64,000 nt of DNA, from contig OZ243972.1 in NCBI GenBank assembly GCA_965214705.1, positions 2,560,001 through 2,624,000 on the forward strand. Reading direction: 5' to 3'. Both the position numbers and the translations under genes were made by a program. Below, piece after piece: positions 31,621-41,598 of this stretch (within the stretch, counting starts at the first letter, position 1; each line of letters starts with the position of its first letter). This DNA is from Alphaproteobacteria bacterium. Lineage in GTDB: Bacteria > Pseudomonadota > Alphaproteobacteria > UBA828. The notes below the pieces were generated by a model. The model searched no databases and was not told the origin of the DNA. It saw nothing but the letters and a program-made list of their open reading frames with translations.

Positions 31621-33165
31621 CGTTTCAGCACCGAGCTAGGCGTCGGCCGCGCCCAGATTGCGAGAGCGGCCCGGCCCGCGACGCGGGTGCTCGCCGGCGC
31701 GGTCGTGCTCGTGGCCGTGGCTCACGCCCTGCCGGCAGCGGAACCGAAGGACGAGCGGGCGCGCATCGCGGCGGTCACGCAGCCCACGCAGAATTTCTCC
31801 AAGGCCGAGCCCTACGAGCGCAGGCCGGCGGGCGCGGCGACGGTGTTCAAGCGGCTGAATCGGGACGCGTTTTCGCACCCCTCCGCCAATATGCCTTTCA
31901 AACTCCAGCGCGACTTCAGGGTCGGCAACGGCATCTTCAGAAAAATCTGGGTGTCGGCGCCAAGCTCGACCACCTCGTCGGACGGCCTCGGCCCGCTCTT
32001 CAATGCGCGCGCCTGTCAGCGGTGCCACCTGAAGGATGGTCGCGGCCGCCCGCCTGCGGCCGGCGAGCGGGCCGAAACCATGCTCGTGCGGCTCTCGATC
32101 CCGCCGCAGACTGAGTCCGAGCGCGCGGCCTTGCGGGAGCACCGGCAGGCCACCATTCCCGAGCCCACCTACGGCGGCCAGCTTCAGAACTTCTCGACAC
32201 AGGGGATTCTGGCTGAAGGCGATGTAACGATCGCCTACGAGGAGATGCTGATCGCGCTGGCAGACGGCGAGGTGGTCGATCTCCGCAAGCCCACCTATGG
32301 CATCTCGGGCCTGCACTATGGGCCGCTTCACCCCGAAGCCATGCTGTCGCCCCGTGTCGCGCCGCCGGTCATTGGCATGGGCCTGCTCGAAGCGATATCG
32401 GACGCCGACATCCTTGCCGGCACCGATCCGGACGACCGCGACGGTGACGGCATCTCCGGGCGGGCGAACCTGGTGTGGAGCGACGAGCATGACCGGCCCA
32501 TGCTCGGCCGCTTCGGCTGGAAGGCGGGGCAGCCCACCGTCTCACAGCAGGCGGCGGCGGCCTTTCGCGGCGATGTGGGAATCTCGACGCCGCTCTACCC
32601 GCCCCCCCACGGCGACTGCACGACGGCGCAGGAGGCGTGCCGGCGCGCGCCGCACGGCGGCGCCTCGGCAGAGCACACGGTCGAGGCGAGCGCCGCCCTC
32701 TTCGACCTGCTCACCTTCTACACGCGCAATCTCGGCGTGCCCGCGCGGCGCGACATCGGCGATCCGCAGGTGCTCGAAGGCAAGCGCCTCTTCTACGACG
32801 CCAACTGCATCGGCTGCCACACGCCCAAATTCGTGACGCGTCGGGACTCCATCGGAGAGGAGCAGTCCTTCCAGCTCATCTGGCCCTACTCCGACCTCCT
32901 GCTTCACGACATGGGGGAAGGGCTCGCCGACGGCCGGCCCGAGGGCGAGGCCAGCAGCCGCGAATGGCGCACGCCGCCGCTCTGGGGCATCGGGCTCACG
33001 GAGACGGTAAGCGGCCACACGTTCTTTCTGCACGACGGCCGCGCACGCAACCTGCTCGAAGCGATCCTCTGGCACGGCGGCGAGGCGGAGGCGGCGAAAC
33101 AGCACGTCGTCGCCATGACGCGCGAGGAGCGGGCGGCCTTGCTCGCCTTCCTGCGCTCGCTTTGA
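31606..33165 (+). CDS. Di-heme oxidoreductase (DHOR) family
   Basis: DGLGPLFNARACQRCH, CIGCH, DLLLHDMG, WRTPPLWG, LHDGRAR; true start probably downstream of 31606. Confidence 0.92.
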   Translation: MLFSNRFSTELGVGRAQIARAARPATRVLAGAVVLVAVAHALPAAEPKDERARIAAVTQPTQNFSKAEPYERRPAGAATVFKRLNRDAFSHPSANMPFKLQRDFRVGNGIFRKIWVSAPSSTTSSDGLGPLFNARACQRCHLKDGRGRPPAAGERAETMLVRLSIPPQTESERAALREHRQATIPEPTYGGQLQNFSTQGILAEGDVTIAYEEMLIALADGEVVDLRKPTYGISGLHYGPLHPEAMLSPRVAPPVIGMGLLEAISDADILAGTDPDDRDGDGISGRANLVWSDEHDRPMLGRFGWKAGQPTVSQQAAAAFRGDVGISTPLYPPPHGDCTTAQEACRRAPHGGASAEHTVEASAALFDLLTFYTRNLGVPARRDIGDPQVLEGKRLFYDANCIGCHTPKFVTRRDSIGEEQSFQLIWPYSDLLLHDMGEGLADGRPEGEASSREWRTPPLWGIGLTETVSGHTFFLHDGRARNLLEAILWHGGEAEAAKQHVVAMTREERAALLAFLRSL

Positions 33166-33181
33166 CAACAGGTCCAACGAC

Positions 33182-34276
33182 ATGACTCGCCTCTTCCTGT
33201 CGCTCGCACTCGCCGGTCTGATCCTCGTGGGCGCGACGTCCGCAATGCGTGCGCAGGAGATCGCCCCGGCCGACTACGGCCGCGTGAATGCCGCCCTGGT
33301 GGAAACCCACGCGCTGCTTCGCTACGAGCGCCTGGCAACGGCAACGGACGCCTTCGCCGGAGCTGCGGAGGCGTTTTGTGCCGGAGGGAGCGACGCGGAT
33401 CAAGAGCGGCTCCGCGCCGCCTTTCACGATGCGATGGACACGTGGATGGGCGTTCAGCACCTGCGCTTCGGTCCGGTCGACTCCCGGATGCGCGGCTTTC
33501 GCTTCTATTTCTGGCCCCAGGCACGGAACAAGGTGGGCGAGGCTGTCGCCGAGCTTGTCGCCGCCGGCGAAGACGACGCCGCGCTCGCCGCGCGCATCGG
33601 GCGTGCCAATGTGGCGGTTCAGGGCCTGCTGGCCGCCGAAGTGCTGCTCTACGACGGCCGCTACCTCGGCGCCGACGCCAGGGGCTGCGGGCTGCTCGTG
33701 GCTCTGGCAGCGAACATGCGTACCATGGCGACGGCAATTCTGGCGGAGTGGCGGGAGGGCGACGACGCCTTCGCCAAACTGATGTCGACTCCGGGGCCCG
33801 ACAATCCGCATTTCGAGGATCATGCCACCGCCACCTTGGCTTTCTTCCAGGGGCTCCACGACAGCTTGCAACTGATCTACGACATCAACCTCAAGCCGGT
33901 CATCGGCGACAGCGCGCAATCCGTCCGTCCGGTGCTGGCGGAATCCCGCCTGAGCGGGCGGTCGCAGCACAACATCGCCGTCACCTTGGAGGCATTGCAG
34001 GCGCTCTATCTCGGCGAGGGCAGCGCCGGTCTCGGCGAGCTCACCGCCGTTGCCGATCCCAAGCTCAACCGCCTGATGCGGAAGGCGTTCCGCCTCACGC
34101 TCGCCACGGCACAGTCAATCGAAGGCCCTGTGGAGCAGGCTGCGACCGACCCCGCGCGCCGCCCGCTGGTCCAAAAGCTCGCCAAGCAGATGCGGGCGCT
34201 GAAACAGATCGTGCGGGATCGCTTGGCGCCCGCGCTTGGGCTCGCCGTCGGATTCAATGCCCTCGATGGAGATTGA
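33182..34276 (+). CDS. Imelysin family lipoprotein
   Basis: HLRFGP, FWP, VQGL.A.E.LLY, GFNALDGD C terminus. Confidence 0.88.
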   Translation: MTRLFLSLALAGLILVGATSAMRAQEIAPADYGRVNAALVETHALLRYERLATATDAFAGAAEAFCAGGSDADQERLRAAFHDAMDTWMGVQHLRFGPVDSRMRGFRFYFWPQARNKVGEAVAELVAAGEDDAALAARIGRANVAVQGLLAAEVLLYDGRYLGADARGCGLLVALAANMRTMATAILAEWREGDDAFAKLMSTPGPDNPHFEDHATATLAFFQGLHDSLQLIYDINLKPVIGDSAQSVRPVLAESRLSGRSQHNIAVTLEALQALYLGEGSAGLGELTAVADPKLNRLMRKAFRLTLATAQSIEGPVEQAATDPARRPLVQKLAKQMRALKQIVRDRLAPALGLAVGFNALDGD

Positions 34277-35405
34277 ACGCAGGGCGGCGCTTCTGCTGCT
34301 CGCCGGCGGGGTCGCCGGCTCGTTGCTGCCAGCGCCGTTCCGCGCGGAGGCCGCCACGCCCGGCACCCCGCTCTATCTCAGCGCTCGCGCCGACGCCACC
34401 GGCGGCTACCGGGTCAGCGGTATCGCGGCGGAGGGCGCCCGCGTCTTCGATTTGCCGCTGCCGGGGCGGGGTCATTCGTTCGCGGTCCGCCCCGACGGAA
34501 GCGCTGCCGTGCATTTCGCCAGGCGGCCCGGCCGTTTCGCGCTAATCCTGGACCTCGTGCAGGGCACCGTCGCCCGACGAGTGGAAGCGCCTACCGACCG
34601 ACATCTCTATGGGCACGGCGTCTTCAGCCCGGACGGGCGGCTGCTCTACGTCACCGAGAACGATTTCGAGGGCGAACGCGGCGTCATCGGCATCTACGAC
34701 GCGGAGCGCGGGTACAAGCGCCTGGGCGAGCTTCCCTCCCACGGCATCGGACCGCACGAGATCGCGTTGCTCTCCGACGGCGAGACACTGGTCGTCGCCA
34801 ACGGCGGCATCGCGACCCACCCCGACCTGCCTCGCGTCAAGCTCAACCTGCCGACCATGGCGCCGTCGCTCTGTTTCGTGGACAGGCGGAGCGGCGCGCT
34901 TCGGCGGGAACTGACGCTCGACCCCGTCCTGCATCGGCTCAGCATCCGCCATCTGGCTGTGGCCCCGGACGATACGGTCGCGGTCGCCATGCAGTACGAG
35001 GGCCCGGCGCACGACCGCGTCCCTCTGGTTGCCCTGCAGCGCGGGGAAGGCCCGCTGCGCCTTCTGCAAGGGCCGCTCAGCCTCCTCCGCGCGATGCAAA
35101 ACTACTGCGGCAGCGTCTGTTTCGACCCGAGCGGTCTGATCATCGCCGTCTCCGCACCGCGCGGCAATCTCGTGACGTTCTGGGATGTCGGCACGGGCCG
35201 CTACCAGTCATCCACCGGGGTCTCGGACGGCTGCGGCATCGCACCTGGCTTGCTTCCTGATGAGTTTCTGGCCAGCAGCGGGCTGGGCGGCGTGGTCGTC
35301 ATCGATGCACGCTCGGGTACGACACGACCGCTCGCTGTCGGTGGCCTCGAAGCCGCCCGCTGGGACAATCACCTGGTCGCCGCGTCGGTGTCCCGGCGGA
35401 CGTGA
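34266..35405 (+). CDS. DUF1513 Tat-exported beta-propeller protein
   Basis: RRAALL Tat-like signal; RGH, ARRPG, HLYGHG, GPHE, ANGGI.THP, WDNH. Confidence 0.88.
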   Translation: MEIERRAALLLLAGGVAGSLLPAPFRAEAATPGTPLYLSARADATGGYRVSGIAAEGARVFDLPLPGRGHSFAVRPDGSAAVHFARRPGRFALILDLVQGTVARRVEAPTDRHLYGHGVFSPDGRLLYVTENDFEGERGVIGIYDAERGYKRLGELPSHGIGPHEIALLSDGETLVVANGGIATHPDLPRVKLNLPTMAPSLCFVDRRSGALRRELTLDPVLHRLSIRHLAVAPDDTVAVAMQYEGPAHDRVPLVALQRGEGPLRLLQGPLSLLRAMQNYCGSVCFDPSGLIIAVSAPRGNLVTFWDVGTGRYQSSTGVSDGCGIAPGLLPDEFLASSGLGGVVVIDARSGTTRPLAVGGLEAARWDNHLVAASVSRRT

Positions 35406-35427
35406 GCGCTGAGAACGCACCTGACAC

Positions 35428-35466
35428 GAATTCTCATTGACACTCGTTCGCATTCTCTTCAATATT
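35428..35466 (+). promoter_or_regulatory. Putative Fur-like box/promoter of bfd
   Basis: GAATTCTCATTGACACTCGTTCGCATT containing TTGACA. Confidence 0.4.
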
Positions 35467-35489
35467 GGGGCGTAGAGCGGAGTGCCGCC

Positions 35490-35720
35490 ATGTACGTGTG
35501 CGTTTGCAACGCCTATCGGGACGCCGAGATCCGCGCCGTGGCGCAGAACGGTGTCCGGTGCGCGAAGAAGGCGTACCAGGAACTCGGCAACGGGCCCCAG
35601 TGCGGGCGCTGCCTGAGCTTCGCCCAGGGCTTGATCGACAGGATCCACGAAGACCGGCCGCACGGCAGCCCGGCGGCACCCATCAGGGAGCGGGCCGTCG
35701 GCGAGGGCGCGCACCCCTAA
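35490..35720 (+). CDS. bfd: Bacterioferritin-associated ferredoxin
   Basis: MYVCVCN...QCGRC. Confidence 0.92.
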   Translation: MYVCVCNAYRDAEIRAVAQNGVRCAKKAYQELGNGPQCGRCLSFAQGLIDRIHEDRPHGSPAAPIRERAVGEGAHP

Positions 35721-35922
35721 TGCACGCCTGGGCCGCGCTGAAGCCGGCGGATATCGTCCAGGCAGCGCGCGCCCTTCGCGACATGATCAGGGGTGAGAGT
35801 CCCGCCCACGAAGCGCAAGATACGCGCCCCGTCGAAGAGGCAGCTTCCGATGATGTGCGTGCTGGAGATTCGGCTGCCGCCGAGTAGCCGTCCCCCGGTC
35901 TTGCCGCCTGGTATCGTCGGCG

Positions 35923-36402
35923 TCAGTCGTCGGCCGGTTCGCTCTGTAGCTGCACGTAATTTTCCAGGCCCATCCGCTTGATCAGCTCGTACTGCGTCTC
36001 CAGCCAGTCGACGTGCTCCTCCTCGCTCTCCAGGATCTCGCGCAGGAGGTGCCGGGTCACGTAGTCGTCGACTTGCTCGCAATGCGCGATTCCCTCCCGC
36101 AGGGTGGGGATCGCCATGTTCTCGAGGGCGAGGTCGCAGTCGAGGATTTCCTTTACGTCCTCGCCGATCATGAGCTTGCCGAGATCCTGAAGATTGGGCA
36201 GGCCCTCGAGGAACAGGACACGCTCGATGATCTCGTCCGCGTGCTTCATCTCGTCAATGGATTGGTCGTACTCGTATTTCGCGAGCTTGGAGACGCCCCA
36301 GTTCCGGAGCATCCGCGAGTGCAGGAAATACTGGTTGATCGCGGTCAGCTCGTTCTTGAGCACCGCATTGAGACACTCGATGACCTTGGGGTCGCCCTTC
36401 AT
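35923..36402 (-). CDS. bfr: Bacterioferritin
   Basis: [36 protein letters not shown]; GGAG RBS. Confidence 0.97.
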   Translation of the reverse strand: MKGDPKVIECLNAVLKNELTAINQYFLHSRMLRNWGVSKLAKYEYDQSIDEMKHADEIIERVLFLEGLPNLQDLGKLMIGEDVKEILDCDLALENMAIPTLREGIAHCEQVDDYVTRHLLREILESEEEHVDWLETQYELIKRMGLENYVQLQSEPADD

Positions 36403-36940
36403 AATCTCCTCCACTCGTTCCAACCCGTCCGGGGGCGGTGGCTGCCGACGATAGGTTGTTCCATGGTCCACTAATGATCACTAAGCCAGCATTATCTAAA
36501 GCAATAGTACAAAAGTCAGATAATGGCAAGCATTAAAGCGTGTCTCACTGATTTAATTCCAACGTATGCTCAAAATATACTGGTTTTCTCTCTGAAATCC
36601 ATTCTCATTATTCTTCTCAATAGGAATGACTAGCGTAAATTCTGGCAAAAATCGCAGTAATGAGACTGACTGTCATTTCAATTGCGATGATAAGCAGATG
36701 CCGGGCCTTGCAGGGGCTATCAAGGCGAAATGGCATTTTGTCCATCCAACGGACAAGACCGCCGCTGGAGTGTGTCTTGACCCGAGGCATAGGGGGCGCC
36801 GGTTTGCGCCCGACAGCCGGCGCCCCATCCGCTTCAACTCATGGGGCGCCCGGAGCACGAGCCTGGGGCGCTGCGGTGACATCCCGGTGACACAGCAGTT
36901 TCGGCGGTTGCGGGTAAGCCACCTAACCCATTGAAAGGAT

Positions 36941-37016
<76 letters not shown>

Positions 37017-37179
37017 ACATGCGGCCGAGACTTGCCACGATTCAGCCAGCGGTGCAACCGGCCCCCGCCGGCGGTACCGCCGAGGCGGTGGAATCTGGAA
37101 TGGCGGCCGGCTTGATGCTATATAGGGCGCGCAATTAGACGTTCAGCCAAGAGGTGAGCGGCCAAACGGCGATCGATGA

Positions 37180-37255
37180 TCCCCGGTAGCTCAGTTGGTA
37201 GAGCAAGCGGCTGTTAACCGCTGGGTCGCTGGTTCGAGTCCGGCCCGGGGAGCCA
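37180..37255 (+). tRNA. tRNA-Asn(GTT)
   Basis: TCCCCGGTAGCTCAGTTGGTAGAGCAAGCGGCTGTTAACCGC...GTTCGAGTCC...GGGGAGCCA. Confidence 0.97.
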
Positions 37256-37293
37256 GTTTCGGGGCCGCCGGAATGAGCGGTCCGCCGAAAGGC

Positions 37294-37328
37294 GCGAGAC
37301 CCCGCAGGGTGACCCTGGCGGGGTCTCG
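37294..37328. terminator. Hairpin between convergent tRNA-Asn and nitroreductase
   Basis: CGAGACCCCGCAGGGT-G-ACCCTGGCGGGGTCTCG stem; no U-tract. Confidence 0.45.
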
Positions 37329-37369
37329 TCGTCTCTGCCGGGGCGTGGTACCGACGCCCCAGGCGCGCA

Positions 37370-38038
37370 TCAATTCTGCGTGAATACCTCGCCGTCGAAA
37401 CGCTCGCGGGTCGCGATCTCCTCCACCGGACGGCGCCTCAGCTTGGTGAGCTGCTTGACCGGGCGCCCGAAGGGCATGACCGCGCAGACCGCGTGATCCT
37501 CCGGGATGTTGAGCAGCGTCTTGATCTCGGGCTCGTGGGCAATGGGGAGGGTTGTGATCGTGCCGCCGAACCCGTTCTGCCGGGCCGCCAGCAGCAGGCT
37601 CCAGGCGAAGGGATAGATCGAGGCCCCGCCGATCACGCCGACGCGGTCCAGATACTGATCGGTTGCGGCGACCACCTTGAGGTCGACGCAGACCACCAGC
37701 ACGACCGAGGACTTGATCAGCGGCTCCGTCAGCATGGCCGGCGCCGAAGTCGCCTCGATCTGCTCGGGCGTGAGCTTGGTCGGAACCCAGGCGCTCCAAG
37801 GACTTTCGCCCGCATCAATCTGGGCGCGGTAGCGCTTGGCGACCGGTATCGTCAGGTCCGAAAGCCGCTGCCTGGTCGCCATGTCGCGCACGATGATGAC
37901 CCGGTTGCCCTGGCGGTTGCCCCCGCTCGGCGAGAAGCGGGCGTTCTCGATCATCTCGTAGATCACCTCGTCGGGCAGGTGATCGTCGGTAAAGTCGCGG
38001 CACGCGAAGGTCGTGCGCATGGCCTCGTACAGTTCCAT
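37370..38038 (-). CDS. Nitroreductase family protein
   Basis: MRTTFACRDF, SPSGGNRQ, LLLAARQNGFG. Confidence 0.88.
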   Translation of the reverse strand: MELYEAMRTTFACRDFTDDHLPDEVIYEMIENARFSPSGGNRQGNRVIIVRDMATRQRLSDLTIPVAKRYRAQIDAGESPWSAWVPTKLTPEQIEATSAPAMLTEPLIKSSVVLVVCVDLKVVAATDQYLDRVGVIGGASIYPFAWSLLLAARQNGFGGTITTLPIAHEPEIKTLLNIPEDHAVCAVMPFGRPVKQLTKLRRRPVEEIATRERFDGEVFTQN

Positions 38039-38083
38039 CGATTCGTCCTCTCAGCGTTCGGCGGCGCGCCCGGCGGCGGTTAA

Positions 38084-38232
38084 GGAAGGTCTGAATAAGT
38101 GCCTCCTGCATTTCTCAGACGCGCAAGGCGGAAGCGCGCTTTCCGCTTTGCTCACATTTTCAGTGACTTACAGCCACCGAAAATGGTGGCACATCCCTGT
38201 GCCACGGGAACCCCTGATAAATCAGAGGTTCC
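38084..38232. mobile_element. 149-bp IS5-type MITE
   Basis: Flanked by TTAA on both sides; left end GGAAGGTCTGAATAAGT matches the IS5 end at 53121 at 15/17; right end TAAATCAGAGGTTCC. Confidence 0.65.
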
Positions 38233-38519
38233 TTAAAGACCACCCGGTCGCGGGCAAGGCGAAATTGGGCGGCGGTGTATGGCGAGGCCGACCACCATGA
38301 GTAGTATACAACTAACTGTATTCACGACATATTCCCGGTGGACGCTTCCTCCATCCCCACATTGATACCCGCACGCCGGGTGGCAACAGGTGGGCGCGCT
38401 TGGCAAGCTTATACGGCTGATACTCCGGAAACCAATACCCATCGTGCGCTCACCCTGGGGTTTGTAGCCGTTGATCGGCGCGTAGATTGGACGCCAATCG
38501 GCCTGCTTACTTGTTGATT

Positions 38520-38920
38520 TTACGTGACACCGTGGGGTCAAAGTTGGGTGCCGAACAACAGTCTGTCGAAGATTTGGGCGGCACACGGTAGTAGGCGAGG
38601 AAGACTGCAGGCCGCCGCCGAGCGCATCGGAAAGGCCATCGAGGCCACAATGGGACTGGACACTCAACTGCACCCCTCGGATGCGTCGAGCGACAGCTCG
38701 TCCGGGTGACGCACCCGTTTCATCCGCTTCACGGCCGTGAGTTCCCACTGGTCGAGATCAAGTCGGTGATAGGAGTGGAGTTGGTGCATTACACGGGAGA
38801 TGATGGCGTGCTGCGCAGCATACGGCGAGGCTGGACCAGCGTTGCCTGCGAGGATCCGTTTTTGCGGGTGGGGTCGGGCCGGTCGGCGTTTCGGGTGTCG
38901 GATCTGCTCGCGCCGGGGTG
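38520..38920 (+). pseudogene. Degenerate integrase C-terminus-like remnant followed by DUF5372-like fragment
   Basis: ...LQAAAERIGKAIEA; VTHPFHPLHGREFPLV...GWTSV..DPF...SAFRVSDLL. Confidence 0.5.
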
Positions 38921-39174
38921 TTGTTCGGAGTGCAATTCTGACCCCACAGTATCGAAGTACATCAATAGCTTATCGCGCCGATCGGCGTGCAACCCACGCG
39001 CCGGACAACACCATGGCGGTTGTGGAGAACGGCGATGCTTGTCACCGACGCGCTTGACGAAAGTCGGGGCGTCCCCGGCGCAGGAAGCGTGCAGGACGTG
39101 AATACGCTCGCACGCCGGCGATACGAGAGGTTCGCTGCGACATGGGGGGCGCTGGTGAAGGGGATGCCGGCCAG

Positions 39175-39300
39175 GCAGAGTGGCTGAATGAGTCTTGGCT
39201 CCTGAGCCTTGAGGATGCGCGATCCAGGTGCGAAGCGTGGCGAACGGATTGCATCGAGGTCCGTCCACACAGCCCGACGGGCCAGAAAACCCCAGTTAGG
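39175..39300 (+). pseudogene. IS3-family transposase core remnant
   Basis: EWLNESWLLSLEDARSRCEAWRTDCIEVRPHS resembles the IS3 ECLN..WF.SL..AR...E.WR..YN..RPHS motif. Confidence 0.7.
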
Positions 39301-39347
39301 CGCTTCACAGCACGCCGGCTTCGACCAAACTGGGAAGCGACATCGCG

Positions 39348-41549
39348 CTATGCGATTTCGACCGTGGGCCGGGCATCGCCCAGCTTCGGAAAGGTCTCGG
39401 CGCCCCATATCTGGCGTTCGCGAATAAACGGCAGCGGATACTGGGGATGTGGCGAATCGAACTCGCGAGCAAGGCGATGGCCGTCGAAGATCGCGTTGGT
39501 GATGTGTCTCGGCGCATGGCAGTCGCCGATGCGATACACGTCTCCGATTTCATTCTCCGCCCACTCGTCGCGGCGGGCCTTCAATCCGTCGTAGAGTTCG
39601 GTGTTCGAGACGCGCGTGGTCACCAGCACGAGCGCGTCACAGTCCAGCGGGACCAGGTCGCTGGACATGGTGCGGCCCCACTTGCCGGGCTCCTGCTCGG
39701 TTAGTGCTGCAGAATCCCGGTACAGATAGAAGAGGGTGAGCACGTTGTCTCGATAATCCTGCCCCCAGTGATTGGTGTAGGTCCGGATACCCTTCTGGTA
39801 CAGCAGGCGCTTGTTGTTCGCCATTTCCATCGTGAAGAGCGAGTACTGCACGATGTCGTGCATGTTGGTGACCAGCGAGACCTGCTTCCCCTGGTCGGCC
39901 AGCAACTCGGCCATGGCGATCCCGGTGAAGCGGCCATCGCCATCGAGGACCACCGCACTAGAGCCTGGCACGGTCTTTCCCGCCATGATCTGCTCGGGGG
40001 TAAGCACGTTGGGCAGGTCCGCGTCTGCGCCATCCATATCCGCGTGAACCTCGGCCCCGAATCCTGTCGTCGACCAGTGAGCCCCCGTCGCGATAACCAC
40101 GCGCTCGGCGCCGTAGTGCAGCACGTCGTCCACGCCGAGAGGTGCGACGCCTAGGTGAACCTCCACGTTCCTGAGCTTGGCCAGTTGTGCCTCTCGGTAG
40201 GTGATCACGCGGCCCCATTCGGCGCAGCGCGGGTAGCGCGCAACGTCCCGCCAGTGCCCTCCAAGCTCGTCCGCCTTGTCGACGAGGTGGACGTCGTAGC
40301 CCCGCTTGCCGAGCACGACCGCACACTCCATCCCGGCCGGACCGGCGCCGACCACGAGGACGGATTTCTTGTCCTCAGTCGTGGTGAAATTCTCGGGATG
40401 CCAGCCGCGCCGGTACTCCTCGCCGATGGTCGCGTTCTGGGTGCACCAAAGCAGGGCCTGCTGCTGCATGCCCGAGACGCACATGTTGCAGCCGATGCAC
40501 TCGCGGATGTCGTCGAGGCGGCCTTCGGAAATCTTGTGTGGCAGGAAGGGGTCCGAGATTGAAGGCCGGGCGGCGCCAATGATGTCGCACTGCCCGGCGT
40601 TGATGGCATCGACCATGACGTCGGGATCGGTGAAGCGGCCGTTGGAAACGACGGGCGTGTCACCCACCAGGCCCTTAACGTCCTTGACGAAGGGACGCAT
40701 CCAGTTGGTCTCGCGGAACCGCGAACTGCCGGCGTCCTCGCCCCACTCCTCGTAATCGCCGATCTTCAGCGCCCAGAGATCGACGACTCCTTCGCGATGC
40801 ATGATCTCGACGAAGCGCATTCCCTCATCGTGGTGATCGATCTTGTGGTCGCCGTTGACCGTGTCCGTCTCAAAGCGCGTCGTCACGGCGATCTCGTCGC
40901 CGACTGCGCTCTTCAGGGCGCTCATCAGCTCGATGTAAAACCGCGCCCTGTTCTCGAGCGATCCTCCGTACTTGTCTGTTCGGTGGTTGTAGCGCTTCTC
41001 TAGGAATTGCATGGGCAGGCTGCTGTCGCCTCCTGAGACTTCAACGAAGTCGAAGCCGGCAGCGACGGCGCGCTTAGCGGCCAACACGTACATGTTGATG
41101 AAGCGGTTGATCTCGTCTCCGTCAGCGACGGCCGCGTAAACGCAGCGCTCGGGGAACACGTTGGAGGCGAAGCCTGACGGGCTGAGCGGGACCTCGCGTG
41201 TTTCCATGGATGGCGAATGCAGGCCGTTGTACCAGAGCTGCACGCCCGCCAAGGCGCCATGCGTATGCGCCACCTCGGTCATCTTGCCAAGGTTGATGAC
41301 GTCTCCATCGTCCCAGAGCCGCGCGAGATCGAAGGGATAGTCGTCGGATTCCGGATGGACAGAGCACGCCTCGGTGCACACCACGCCCCAGCCGCCTTCC
41401 GCCTTCATCCCGCGAAAGTAGGCCTGCGTGCCCGGTCGCTCGGAGCCGAAGCCAGAGCAGTGGGCCGACTGCCAGAAGCGGTTCCGCATCGTCTTGGGGC
41501 CGAACGAAATGGGCTCGAACAGAATGTCGTGCCGGGGATTTCGTGCCAT
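39348..41549 (-). CDS. Trimethylamine/histamine dehydrogenase-like FMN-[4Fe-4S] flavoprotein, paralog 1
   Basis: MARNPRHDILFEP, RFWQSAHC, KAEGGW, EWGEDAG, RECIGCNMC...CTQNAT.GEEYRRGWHPE, GAGPAG. Confidence 0.9.
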   Translation of the reverse strand: MARNPRHDILFEPISFGPKTMRNRFWQSAHCSGFGSERPGTQAYFRGMKAEGGWGVVCTEACSVHPESDDYPFDLARLWDDGDVINLGKMTEVAHTHGALAGVQLWYNGLHSPSMETREVPLSPSGFASNVFPERCVYAAVADGDEINRFINMYVLAAKRAVAAGFDFVEVSGGDSSLPMQFLEKRYNHRTDKYGGSLENRARFYIELMSALKSAVGDEIAVTTRFETDTVNGDHKIDHHDEGMRFVEIMHREGVVDLWALKIGDYEEWGEDAGSSRFRETNWMRPFVKDVKGLVGDTPVVSNGRFTDPDVMVDAINAGQCDIIGAARPSISDPFLPHKISEGRLDDIRECIGCNMCVSGMQQQALLWCTQNATIGEEYRRGWHPENFTTTEDKKSVLVVGAGPAGMECAVVLGKRGYDVHLVDKADELGGHWRDVARYPRCAEWGRVITYREAQLAKLRNVEVHLGVAPLGVDDVLHYGAERVVIATGAHWSTTGFGAEVHADMDGADADLPNVLTPEQIMAGKTVPGSSAVVLDGDGRFTGIAMAELLADQGKQVSLVTNMHDIVQYSLFTMEMANNKRLLYQKGIRTYTNHWGQDYRDNVLTLFYLYRDSAALTEQEPGKWGRTMSSDLVPLDCDALVLVTTRVSNTELYDGLKARRDEWAENEIGDVYRIGDCHAPRHITNAIFDGHRLAREFDSPHPQYPLPFIRERQIWGAETFPKLGDARPTVEIA

Positions 41550-41598
41550 CGGACGGTACTCCCTCTTGGAAGGGGGCCGTAACTGTGTGTAAGGCCGT

